From Geosiphon pyriformis uo1 (lineage: Eukaryota; Fungi; Glomeromycota), in assembly GCA_016748015.1 (NCBI GenBank), contig JAAOMT010000046.1, positions 768,697-832,696 on the forward strand: a stretch of 64,000 nt of DNA, in the 5' to 3' direction. Under the pieces are notes generated by a model. The model ran no database searches and had not been told where the DNA came from. It was given only the letters and a program-made list of their open reading frames with translations. Below are positions 1-12,833 of the stretch, piece after piece (the first letter of the stretch is position 1; each line of letters opens with the position of its first letter). The position numbers were made by a program, and so were the translations under genes.

Positions 1-1167
1 ATGCTTTGTGTATGTGGAATAAACCATTTTACTTTGGGTCAAACTTTCTGCTCTATTGTTTTTCTGCTTTTGTATAATGTAACAATACTTGGTCTCCAAT
101 CTTAAATTCCATTGGTTGTTCGAGTAGGCAATCATCATGTCTTTCTTTTTGTCATTCTTGAGTGTTACTAATATTGTCAACCACTATTTTATGATTGTTT
201 TCTAATGTTTCCATTAGCTGGTATGTTTTTTGGCATAAGATATCTTCAAATTTTTTTTTGTTAATAGTTTCTGTTGGGTAAGACACTATTTTTCATTCAA
301 TAAGTAACATTGCTTTTCTTCCATAGACTAATTCAAATGGTGTAAACTGTATCATATTTTGCTTTAATATTCAATATGCAAAGAGTACAGAAAATATAAA
401 TAAGTTCTATTCTTGTTTGTTTTTATAACTTATTTTTGCTAATGCTTCACATAATGTTCTATTAAACTGTTCCACCAGTTCATTTGTTTGTGGGTAATAT
501 GGTGACAATAACTGTCATTTTATACCAAAAAGTTGACTCAATTTAGTTAATGTAATATTGACAAAATGTGTTTTTTGGTCTGATAACAGTTCTTTTAGAC
601 ATCCATGTTTGCATATTAGATCTTGGTGTACAAATTTGGCTACTGTTTTGGTGTCAGCTACTTGGATTGCTCTGGCTTCTGGCCATTTTGTAAGGTAGTC
701 TATGACTACAGCGATGTAATGATTTCCTTTGGATGTAATCGACCAACCAAATCAATCTCAATTCTATCAAATAGATTTCCAACTGGAATGGGTTGAAGTG
801 GTTTCATTATCTTGGCTCCTCTTCTTTGCTGACATGAGTCACAATTGTAAACATATTCAAAGATATCCTTATACATTGTAGACCAATAGTATAGATTTGT
901 TGTTTTTTTCAAAGTCGCATCTTTGTTGAAGTGTCCTGCAGTTGAGTCAGAATGCATACTATATAATATAGCTTTTTTTTTACTGTTCTTAATCAATTAT
1001 TGTGGGGTGGTGTGGTTTCATTGTTCTTGATAATAGAGTTGGTCATTTTGAATAAAGTAATTTTGTGCTTGTTTCCATATGGTATTTTGTTCTTGTTGAG
1101 ATAAAATCTCCTTGAAACATAGTGTCAATAAGTACTGATGTAATTGCTGATAAGTAAGTGTGTCCAT
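1..1167 (-). pseudogene. E1 integrase (degenerate, runs off window)
   Basis: ATG at 1167 (MDTLTYQQL), MHSDSTAGHF..YYW..CDSCQ zinc-binding motif, IDLVG core; many stops. Confidence 0.88.
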
Positions 1168-1177
1168 GGGTCTGAGA

Positions 1178-4100
1178 TTAGGTTTGTAACATCCTTGACT
1201 AACTGTTGGCATTGGTGTTTTTGGATCCTTCTTTGTAATGAACTTTGATTGGGAATTGTTGCAGATAAGTACTCCATTTAGCATATTTTCCTTCTAGTTG
1301 TGAGTTATTGAGTAACCAAATGAGTCCTTTATGATCGGTATATAAGTTAAATAGTTGCCAGAGGTAGTGTTTCCATGTTTGTATGGCCCAATAAATGGCA
1401 AAGCATTCCAAATCCATTGTGCTATATATTTTTTCTACTGGGCTGGTACTGCAACTAGTGTAGACAATTGGATGTTCTCTTCTGTTCAGTTCTATTTGTG
1501 ATAATACAGCTTCTAGTGCATTTTTTGATGCATTTGTAGTGACAATGAATTGTTTGGTGAAGTTGAGATAGATCAGTATTGGAGATGTAATTAATCACTG
1601 TTTAAGATAATTGAAGGCTTTTTGTTGCTCTTCTTTTCACAAGTATGGCACATATTTGAACAACAAATGATGAAGGAGTTTTGTAATAGTTGAGAATTCT
1701 TTGATAAATTGGCAGTAGTATCCAGCCAATCCTAAAAATCTTTGTAGCTCTCATAAGTTGATTGGAACTGGAAAATCCTTGACCTTTTGAATTTTGTCTG
1801 GGTTGAGTTTTACTTTATTTTTGCCAATCACATGTCTTAAAAATTTCAGTTTGGTTTTCCCAAAGAAACATTTATCAGGGTTGAGTTTTAATCTGGCATC
1901 TCAAAAGCATTTAAAAACTTGTTGCAGGTGGAGCAAATGTTCATCAAATGTTTCCGAAAAGACATTGGTGTCATTCAAGTATACTATGACTGATTTCCAC
2001 AAGATTCCTTTATACACAACATCTATAAGTTGTTAGAAGATAGTAGGAACATTGTACAGTCCGAAAGGCATTACATTGAATTCAAAATTTCTGTCTCATA
2101 TGATGAATGCCATTTTCTCTTTGTTTTTTAGGTCTATTTTAACTTGTCAATATCTACTGGCTAGATCTAATGACAAGAACTATTTCTTTTTTCCTAAGTT
2201 GTCTAAGATTTTTTGGATAAGAGGAGTGGAATAGCTATCTTCTCAGATAACACTATTTAATTTCTGGTAATTCACACAGAATTATACCTTCCCATTTCTC
2301 TTTGTGACTAAAACCACTGAAGAAGACCAAGGACTTAATAATTTTTTAATCAGTCTGTTGTCAAGCATTCATTGTATTTTCTGCTTAATCAGATTATTAC
2401 CAGATGGGAGTACTCAATAAGCTTACTGCTTAATAGGTTGAGCATCTCTGGTGTCAATCTGATGTTTCACAATGTTGGTGTGTCCAAACTCATTTTTGCT
2501 GGCAAAAACATTGGTGTATTGGTTCAATAGAATCTTAAGTTGCATTTGCTGTAAAGTGTTCAGATTTCTCAGATTGAGTTTATTGATTTCTTCCAGCATG
2601 AACAAGTAATTTTCTTTTGGCAGGTTTCATACTTGTGAAATAATGTTACAGAACAAAAACAATTGAGTGAAATCTGGAATGAGCTGGAGTTTTTCTGGAT
2701 TCTAAATATCTGAAGATATGGAACCAATGAAGGTTCTCTTAGGAATTTTAATAATGTCTTCAGTTGGATTGTGGATGGAAATTTTGAAGTGTTTATAAGC
2801 TTTGGCTGGTAAGTACAGATTAGCAACATTGGCTAGTAAGCAGATTTTGGGATCAGCCTCGAAGACTAGTGCTTGGTTTTGAATCTTTCGATCAACTTTG
2901 AGAATGTACTGCCAATAAAGAGGGATAGAAATGATGGTGTCAGTATAGATAAGTTCTATCTGGTTACTATTCTCCTCTGTAAAATTGACCATTACATTCT
3001 CTCTTCCACTTAAGCTAAACCCATTGATTTTTCAGGCAGTAAGACCTAATTCTTCTCAGATGGTAACTGGGACTAATTGAAATATTTTGACTAAAGGTAA
3101 AAAGATGGCTTAAGCAATCTTTTCATGAAATTCAATCTTGTAAGGTTTGTTTGAATTGTTCTGTAGCATTATAATAATATTTTTCATATATCCAGCATTG
3201 ATAATTCCTTCTTTTATGTTGATTCCTTTTTTTGCAAGGCTCAATCTAGACACTACTTGTATCATGGTGCTAACAGGAATTTCTAATGCTATTTTGAGAT
3301 CTATTTTTACCAGGAAATGTAAGGCTATAACTATGGGTAATTGTTCAGGGTATTTTAAGTCAAAACCTGTGTCAGTCTCATGCACTCTTTCTGGGCATAT
3401 TTCTTTGTTATTGTTATTATATCATTTTAATTCTAATTCTTTGGAGAGGTTGAGATACATAAGATATTGTTCTATTTTGGTAGTCTGATTTGGCTCTTAA
3501 AATAATATGTTCTTGGTAAGTAATTTCTCTTCTTCCTCAGGCTCAGATAATTTGGTGATTGGGTATAGAATTCTAGAAGGCAGGTTGAACATGAAATTAC
3601 ACTTGTCGCAGTATTGAAAGTGACAAAAAATTAAGCAGTAATTGCATAGTTTGGTATTTAGATCAACTAGCTGCTGTTTTTGCTCTTCTCAGATTGGAGC
3701 CAATTCTTGATATTGGTTCTAAAATGTGTTGGGGTCATCTGTGAAGAAATCATCCATGGGATAGTTGGATTCATTATATTTGGACATCCAAGAGTTGTCC
3801 TTGATTTCTTGTATTTCTTCAGGCATGGTGCTTTTGACTTTGGCACTTGCCATTCTCCAGATTTCGTGATCATTGTGTGGATAACTGTCCAGTCTATTGA
3901 GTGCTCATTTCCAAGCATCCTCGATGGAGATTTCCTTTTGTATCTAATCATTGATTAATATGGTGTACTGACAAGCCTTGTTACATGTTCCTCCTCTGCC
4001 AGGCATATTATTCCAGAGTCCTTCATCAGACAGGATCTCACCACATGTAAGGCATGGCATGTTGTCTCATTTGCCTTGTCATTTCGGTTGTCCAAATTTT

Positions 4101-7005
4101 TTCAGTACACAAAGTCTGCAATAGTATTTGGTAGCAGTGGGCCATTCTTCGTTGTCCCCGATACATGCACCCATTATGGATAGCTTCTTTCTACAATTAA
4201 TACATATTAGTTTTGGAGGTTGATAAAATAACTTTTTTTGGTCTGAGGTTACGTATCCTAGTAATGACAATTGGGGTTCTTCTTAGGCTCTACTTTTTCC
4301 TTTTTCTTCCCAAGTTGGTGGTAGGAGTAGTTCAGTTTAATAATCGTCCACCCATGAAACCTGATAGATCTTGATGGTTAGTGGTAGTGGTGTGTCTTCA
4401 ACTTCAATTAAGGGTTCTTTAGTATATTGGGTTTTAAAGTGTCCATATGTAGCTGGAACTCAGACATGCTGTCTGTTGAACATGAGTTGAAATTCTTGGG
4501 TATTCTAGTCAAACATAGTGTTGGCTTTTGACAACCAATCATTTCCTACTAGAGCTTGATATTAAATAGCTTCTATGACAAGTACCTTGATAGGGATTTG
4601 GATTCTATTAATCTTGAAGGGGAAGTTGTTAATTTCTCTTATTGGGGTTTTTGTATTTCCATCTGTTGTAATGATCCAAGCAGTAGTGGCATAGTCTACT
4701 TGACAACCTAGTTGGTCTATGAGCTGCTTCATAATTATGCTATCGGCTGATCCACTATTCAGGATTAATTTAATGTCTATTCCTCTGACTCTGGTATTAG
4801 TGTATAAAGCCATTATTGGTTTATCTTGATTAATGGCTGCTCCACTAAAAAGGCTATGGGTGTTTAATTATCAATGTCAAAAGGAAATATGGCAGCTAGG
4901 GTGGTGTTCTCAATAATAGTAACTGGTGGGATATTGCTTTTTGTTTGCTTGAAAGATTGGAAGATTTGTTCTATATTCCTCTCTTCTATAGGTGTAGATT
5001 TATCAAAATCCTGGTCTTCTATAAGACTAAGATAAGAAGCTTGATTCGGGTATCTGGTTGGTGCTAATTAAAATTGTGCAGGACCACGAGAGATTGGTCG
5101 AGACGGTCCACTGTTAATTTGCATCTGATTGTTGTTGGGATTCCTCCATCTCTGATTATAGTCTATAGCTCAAGATCTGGACTGGCTGTAAGGAAGAGTT
5201 TGATAATAAGGGATTGCTTGTGTCATTGGTAATGATTGATAATAATTCTGGGGCAGTAGTTGAGTATACAGGACTTGTTGTGTGTACTGGAAGAATGGAT
5301 TTCAAGAGATGAAATATTGGGATACCATGTTTTGCTAATATCTTGGTTGCTGGTATTAGTTTCCTTGATTTTGGTTCATTATCTTCTTTCTGCAGTCACG
5401 GACAATGTGCCCAAATTTCTGGCAGTAGTAACAATTGTGGAGATTGGATTTCCAAGGTTGTTGCTGTTGCTAATGATTCTGTTGCTGTGGATATCTGCTA
5501 TTGTTGTTATTTTCTCTCCATTGTGGTGGTTGGTAAGTTTTTGTGGTTCTGACTAAGAATTTCTCAATTTTCTGAGTTAATTTCTCACTTAATTGAGTTA
5601 TCTTTGTGTTGATGTCAGAGGTTTCATTGATGGCTAAGTTAACAGCTTGGGTATGGTTCACTTCTTGTTCTGTAGACTCAAAATCATGAGTGAAAGTAAC
5701 TGTTTCTTGTAGGTTTGCCAGATGACAAAGTTATATAAATCTTAGAAAGCTGCTTCTTAGTCTTTTAATGAATTGATTGAGGACTTGTGTGGTGATATAA
5801 TAATTCTGCTCGATGGCTAAGATTTGTCAAAGAACCTGATTGAATCTTTTGAGATAAGTAGTTATTGCTTCATAGTCATTTTGTTTTATTATATTGAATT
5901 GATTTTACAATCAGATGAGTGTATTAGGGTCACAAAAGTATTGCAGAAAGGCAAGTTTAAACTCTGTAAAGGAGGTAGGCTTCTCTGCAAAGCTTTGATA
6001 CCATGAATTGGCAGTTCCAGTCAGAAAGAACAGCAGTGTCTAAATTGTGTGGTTGTCATCCTATCCATTAGCAGTAATTGCTTTCTCAGCATCTACAATT
6101 CAAGAATATGTGTTATCTTCTTTACCAAAAATTTTTTCCAATTTAGTGATATCTTGGTAGGTCATGAGCCAGTTAATAGGTGAGGTGTTACTGATTATGG
6201 TTAAGAGGATTGGTGTCCATGTATTTGAGTGTTCTTTGAGTGCTAATGCTGGTTGTTTTCCTTTGTCACTAGAACCAATAGGTTGTAAGATAGCTGTTTC
6301 TTCTATCAAGAGAAATGCTAATTCTGCTGGGTTTTGTGCTGGTGGCTGTTTCCAAGTTGACAGGTTTCCTTCTATTTGACCAGCTGTTGGGGTAAAATTT
6401 CCAAACAGTGATCTGTATTCTCTTAGTAATTTGGTCCAACTGTGTTGGCCTCAAGGGTGTGAATTTCCAGGAGTTTGTGGTGTTTCCGACTGGGTTTTCA
6501 GGAGTGGATTGAATACAATTCTACTTTGGGGTGTCTGATGATATGATGAAGTTATTGGGAAGAGGAACCTTGGTTTTTTGTTGACCATGGACTTGTCTTG
6601 AGCAGTTGTGAGATTATTGAATCTGTTCTTGTATTCCTCTGGATCGGATTCTACTGGTTGTTGTACTTAAGGGAATTGTTTTGTCACATAGTGTTTAATG
6701 TTTGTATTAACTATTCATAGAGTTTTAGTAATTGCTTGAGTAATAGTAGTTGTTAAGTACCCTAATAAGCTTTGATGGATTTGTTCTTCAAGTCTTTTTG
6801 TATTAGTTGTGCGGCCTAACAAGCAGTTGATTTTTGCATTGATATAGTTGTAAAAATCACTTTTTGTAATGGTGGTTTCTGCTGGTATTCTTAGATTTTT
6901 TCGAAAGTATTGAAATAGTGCTTTTCCATATGAGAAGTGGTCCTTTTTTATTGTTCCAATAGTCATCACTTTTGTGTATTTCTGGGGTGCTCTGTCTCTG
7001 TGGAT
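1178..7005 (-). pseudogene. E1 gag-protease-Cys domain-dUTPase-RT-RNase H (degenerate)
   Basis: ORF fragments 6715-6969, 5470-5661, 4562-4813, 4079-4270, 3110-3385, 2423-2605, 1199-1417 are colinear with E3; ends at TAA 1180-1178. Confidence 0.87.
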
Positions 7006-7030
7006 TTATAACCTTACAGAGAGCACCAAA

Positions 7031-7895
7031 TGTTACAGGTAAACTGGATAGGGTATGATAGTAATGTTTGGTGTTCTAGTTTTGGGTTATCTTTCAAAGT
7101 TGTCTGCTTTTTTTTTTGTGTTAGTGTTATTAGTCTCTGAAGGTCTATTTCTGGCTGTGAATTTACTCATTGAATTCTTTGGTTATAAAGCACAAAGTTT
7201 GTCTTTCATCGATTACAACATTTTCTATAAATGTGAACTTTCTTCTCCACACTAATAAGTGCAATTATTAAGGTCTAGCATTGTCTTTTTGCTCTTCTGG
7301 TAAGCTACCAAGATAATGTTAATATTCAAAACTTAAGAGGAGCTTTCTTCTTTTACCAGGCTATTACAAAGTTTATTCCAAGACAGTTGATTTTCCTATG
7401 TTGTCACTTCAAAAAAATAAAAAAAATAAAATAAAAAAAGAAAAAAAAGAAAAGAATTAGTTCTCATTAATTGCTGTAATCAAGAACAATTGGTCCAAAT
7501 CATTAAAGGTTTGAGGCATTTATGCCAATGGCATCTGTCCCAGAACAAAAGTAGGAAATACTGATTTTAATTTCAATTAAAATCTATAAGATGGGAAAAC
7601 ATGAATTGGTGAATTAGATTTGGTTTTGATAATTTATTGTATTTCGGACTATGAATATATGATAAGTATAATATAAAGTAAAATTGATTCCTAATTAACT
7701 GTCTGCCTTTTCAACTTTTACAACTACTTGCTTTTATACATTCTTTTGGTTTTACAGGATTGCTTTTAATTGCTTCACTATTGCTAGTTATTGCTTGTAT
7801 TTGCTTTGTGTTACCTTGAGTTGTACCACATTTTTCTTGTCATGTTTTTTTGTCACATTTTTCCATAGCTTTTTGGTTTTTCTATTCAAGTAACA
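7031..7895 (-). repeat. 5' LTR of E1 (865 bp; divergent LTR subfamily)
   Basis: TGTTA...TAACA termini; PBS (TGGTGCTCTCTGTAAGGT on minus) 2 nt away. Confidence 0.82.
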
Positions 7896-10800
7896 ATGTG
7901 AATCACTCCCAAAATCAGGCACATCCTTCATCATCATCCAATCAGCCATAGCAGCAAGAGATATGTAGCTGCCACAATTGTGGTAAATAAGACTATTTGA
8001 AAATTAACTGCCATTTTTATAATAAGAACTCACAATTAGAAAATCAATATCAAAACCCTAATCACAGATTTCAAACTCTGAATTAATACCCAAATCAGGA
8101 TCAATACTTACTTTATTACATCCAAATGACACAACAGCCAATTTATTAACCACCAATATATCAAGTACCAATTTATCAGCCAACAACACCTGTTATTTAT
8201 TAGCCACAGCCACAAGTAATATACCAGCCCCAACAAATTCAAACACCACTACAAAACTTATCTCAAACCAGAACACAAAAGCTGAAAATAACACAACAAA
8301 ACTGGAAATCAGTGATGGTTGTCTATCAACTGATTCCCAGTTCTTCCATTCAATAATCAGAAACATGCTTTCAGAATTTAGAGACTAGATATGCCCAAAA
8401 TCTAAATTTCCAACACTATTTAAGTCTTTTAGTTATTTCAGAAGACACCTCATCCAACAACCAGAAATTCAACCAAAACAAATCACTTATCAGCAACATA
8501 CCTCCAGCCACCATAACCAATGATGAATTGCTAACAGCAATTTACCCATTTGAATTTGAGAAACCATCACAAACACCATTGTTCAATGGAGCCACACTCA
8601 AAAAAAAACTTATTACTGCCATGTACACTGATGCTAAATTTGACAGTTAGGCCATAAAACTGATTCTAGATAGTTGTTCAGCAGACAGCATCATTACATG
8701 ACAACTTATGAACCAATTAAGTCACCAAGTTGATTAAGCTGCCAGCACAAGGATAATTACAACTGATAGAGCCACTATCAAAATCAATAATAGCATCACT
8801 TCTATCAAAGTCTTGGTAATAAAAGTAATGCAATACCAGGCACTAGTTGGCAATAATTGGTTATCCAAAACCAACACCATGCTTAATTGGACCATACTAG
8901 AGCTCCAACTCAGTATAAATGGTCAGCACACATGTGTACCAGCCATGTGCAGCTACTTTCGAATGAACACAACATCTACATCACTAATAGAATTTGAAGA
9001 AAAAAAAGAAAAACCTACTTAGAAAGCTTATCAAGTCTTGTGGACCAACACTAATCACAATGAACTATTACCAATACTATTCTGGAATGACAATAGAAAG
9101 GGAAAAAAAAAAGAGGAACTTACCAAAAATACTGACCAAACATAGTGGACTTCTCCAGCAGTATGAGATAACTTAACTAAAAGCCAAAAAAAATTAGCCA
9201 AAAGCAATGGTTATGAACAATTAGAATTAGATGATAAAACTAGAAATTTTTATTATAATAAAATAATTAAAGAATAGGAAGAATAATAACAGTACTAAGC
9301 TAATACCAACTTGTGAGTAGGAAGAAAATAACAAAGGAAAAGGAAAAGAGAAAAAAGAAGAGCCAGCACCAATTCCCACCACCACTTATATTCTATACAC
9401 TTATACTTCACCACCACCATTTAATTATTGCCAATCAGAACTAATATGCATTGATTGTGACAAGAAATTGTTGTTAATAGGCACATGCTATGGCAATGAT
9501 GAGGAATACTCTACTGCAACCAAATTCTACTGCTGTTCATGCATCCTAGAATGCTTTGGAAGACCAAAAAGGCAAGAAAAATGGGACAACAAATCTTGTT
9601 TTGCTTGTGGAGAAACCCTATTAAACAAAAAAATAGGGAACAACATTCCTAGACAAGAAGGAACCTATAATGAATCATGTCAATACATGATTCTAATCAG
9701 TAACTGAATAAGAAAAAAAACTCCCATAGAAGCTGTTTAGAAAAGAGCAATAAAATATTTAGATAATTGTTCACATAATGATGACAAAATCTGGCAAATG
9801 GCACTTACCAAAATTGAAGAAGCATTATTAAAAGAAATAAGAATAATCAAAAACAACCCACCAGAACTCATAGAACTCAACTGGGACCCAAACCCAGATA
9901 TTATTCTAGAGTCTATAGACCCAAAACAATTTTATAAGCACTACTAAAAATTAGCATTCACTTAAGAAAAACAAAAGCAATGGTTGGAAGAAATAAACAC
10001 ACAAATTATGTGACTATTGTTTGATTCTCTGTAACTTCCAATATTGTAATGAGTGTGATCTCATTTACAATCTACCACCACACATAATCTACACAATCCA
10101 AGAAGAGGAAAAACCAATCAGCAGCTGTACATTAGAATTGGAATCAACTTTCAATTCTGATTCAAACTCTGACAATGACAACAACAAAAACAATAGTTCC
10201 AGCTCTATGCAAATTGGCAATAACAACAATGACAATTCAGATTCAGATTTAAATTCCAAACAATACATTGCACTCTTTGATCTCACCAAGAAGCAGATTC
10301 TAAAATAGTTCAATAATAATAATGAAGGCATTATGCCTGAATGTGCACATGATACAGATGCAAGGTTTGATCTAAGATATCTGGAAAAAGATGCCATTAA
10401 ATTGGAACCATATTTGCACATCTACATTGATCTTAAAATAGCAATAGAAATCTCAGCAACAACAATAGTTTAACTAGTATCTAAGAGTAGCTTAGCAAAA
10501 AAAGAAATCAACATCAGAGGAAGAATAATTGATGCAGAATATATGAGAAATATTATTGCAATACTACAAAATAACTCAGAAAAGACCTACATTATAGAGC
10601 CAAATAAAAAAATAGTACAGACAATATTTCTGTCTCTGGTTAAAATAGCTCAATTAGTATCAGTAGAAAACAGAGAAAAATTAGGGATTACAACTAAAGA
10701 AATACAGAGATTCGGATCAACAGGTAGAATAGATGTACCAGTTAATATGGCAGAGGAAGAAATTGCTGACAAGAGAGAAATTATCTTTACCCATTAATTA

Positions 10801-11975
10801 ATTTTTATTCTACCATATGACCAGTACATGATAACTATAGAGAGAAAAGTAAAGAATTAGGTACAGATTTTTGAGGCAAAAACAATACTTTGTGAATTAG
10901 AAGAAATTAAATTAGTCAATCTACACATACCAGCCAAAAACCACAGTCACATTAAAATTCCTATTTACAACAACATGGAAAACACCATTGAGATATCAAA
11001 AGAAATTACCATTGGATATCTAACCACTAAAATTGAAGACCAACTGCCGAACACCATTCCAAATTTTCCACAACTGTGCAGATATGTGGATATCACATTA
11101 CAAACAATATATAAACGAGAAGAATGTTATCTACTTTAACCAAAACAATTGGAACAGATATACTTGGAAAATCTAGACCCACTATAATATATGCAGCTTA
11201 AAATGTTACTCAATAATTTCAATAATATCTTTACCAGCAAAAATGAATTTGGCAGAACCAACATAATCCAGCATCAGATCAAGACTGAAGATGCAATATC
11301 AATCAAACAAAGAACATACAGAGTACCACCAGCCAGCCATGAGATCATCTGTCAAGAAATTAATCGAATATTTGACAATGGACTAATTCAGCTATCAATA
11401 AGCCCATAGTCATTACCAGTGGTACTAGTCCATAAGAAAAATAGAAAAATCCACTTTTGTGTGAATTACCAGAAGCTGAATGGAATAACAAAAAGAGATA
11501 ACTACCTCACTCCAAAAATCCAAAAACTGTTCGACGCTTTTGGAGGAAAGAAATGGTTCTCAATTTTAGACTTAGATAGTAGTTACTGGCAAGTAGCCAT
11601 GAATCCAAAAGACAAAAAAAAAATGGCTTTTATGATTCAAGAAGAAAATTTCAAATTTGAGATTATGCCATTTGGCTTGATGAATACTCCAGCCACATTT
11701 CAATAACTCATGGAAATTGTCTATACTAGACTGCTATGAAAATCAGTAATCGTGTATTTAAATAACACCAATGTGTTCTCCAAAACATTTGATGATTATT
11801 TACACTATTTTTAACAAGTATTTAAAAGACTAAAAAGAGCCGGATTAAAATTAAATGCAACCAAGTGTTTTTTTGGAAAAACTGAACTCAAGTTTTTGGA
11901 ACATGTTGTGAACAAAGACAAAATCAAAACAAATCCAGACAAAATTGAGATAGTTAAGAACTTTCTAGTACCCAC
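7896..11975 (+). pseudogene. E2 gag C-terminus to RT (degenerate)
   Basis: AGFDL-like motif (ARFDL), FGSTG, RT LDLDSSYWQ and MPFGLMNTPATFQ. Confidence 0.87.
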
Positions 11976-12820
11976 TGTTATGGATGACTATCTCTGGTGT
12001 TGAATTAAATAACAAACCCATAACTTGGTACTAAAAGTTATTTGTGTTGATGTTATTAATCTGAAGGTTTTGTATCTGAAGGTTTCAGTTTGAGTTCTTT
12101 GTATAATGAACAGAGATTCAATAGTGGTTTTATCTGTAGCTTCCCAGAATTGCAATTCTGTCAATTCTTCTCTCAGCATGATGGCCAGCAATCCTCTGGT
12201 AAGTATTCCATATCTTCTGTACGTGTTCTACTCTCTCACAGGGGTTTTTTACCAAACAATTCTTGACATCAGTAATTTAGTGCTTTATTCAACCAATTAG
12301 TGCACAACAATAAAATCAAAATAAAATAAAGAAAAGAAATAAAAAAAAATCATAAATAAGCCAAGACAATTTTGCAAGTCAGTATCTTGTCAATAGCCGT
12401 GATCAAGAGCTATTGTTCTAGTGTGTTTAAGTATCAATTACTATCAACATGGAGTGTTGATAATGGAATTAGGGTTGAGATACCAAATAGTTCTTTATTG
12501 TGTTTGAATGGTTGTCTAAATGAAATCTAAACTTTTAGGTCTGTTTTTTTAGCTTCTAATCCTACTGCTATATATACATAATTGAGATTTCTCAATTCCT
12601 CAATTCTTCACAACAGGAATTCTGGGATTCCTGGAATCCTGCAATTCTTTTGAGAGGAATCCTGGAATTCTGGAATGCTGCGATTCCTTGTGAGAATCCT
12701 GTAATTCCTGGAATCCTGTAATTCCTAAGAGAAATTCTGAAATTCCACATTTTACTATGTCTACTTCTGATTGGTTAATAACTATGCTAATATATATTTC
12801 CTATATTTCTATGAATAACA
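11976..12820 (-). repeat. 3' LTR of E3 (845 bp)
   Basis: TGTTA..TAACA; direct repeat of 21191-22034; adjacent polypurine tract. Confidence 0.95.
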
Positions 12821-12833
12821 TTATTTCCTCCTT

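Larger units (their letters stand above)
1..7895 (-). mobile_element. Ty3/Gypsy LTR retrotransposon E1 (degenerate, dUTPase-carrying; 3' end outside window), inserted in gag of E2
   Basis: Minus-strand gag (5300-7000), protease ILNSGSADS (4562-4813), Cys-rich region, dUTPase (3110-3385), RT, RNase H (1199-1417), integrase HHCC (706-996); PBS 7011-7028; 5' LTR 7031-7895 followed directly by E2 gag sequence. Confidence 0.93.

Noticed and set aside
11988-12300. Short ORFs inside LTRs (also 21321-21515, 27762-27983, 7055-7255)
   Set aside because: Frame not preserved between LTR subfamilies and no recognisable domain
12595-12750. Palindromic repeat array resembling a CRISPR
   Set aside because: No unique spacers or cas genes; eukaryotic LTR U3 array duplicated in both LTRs
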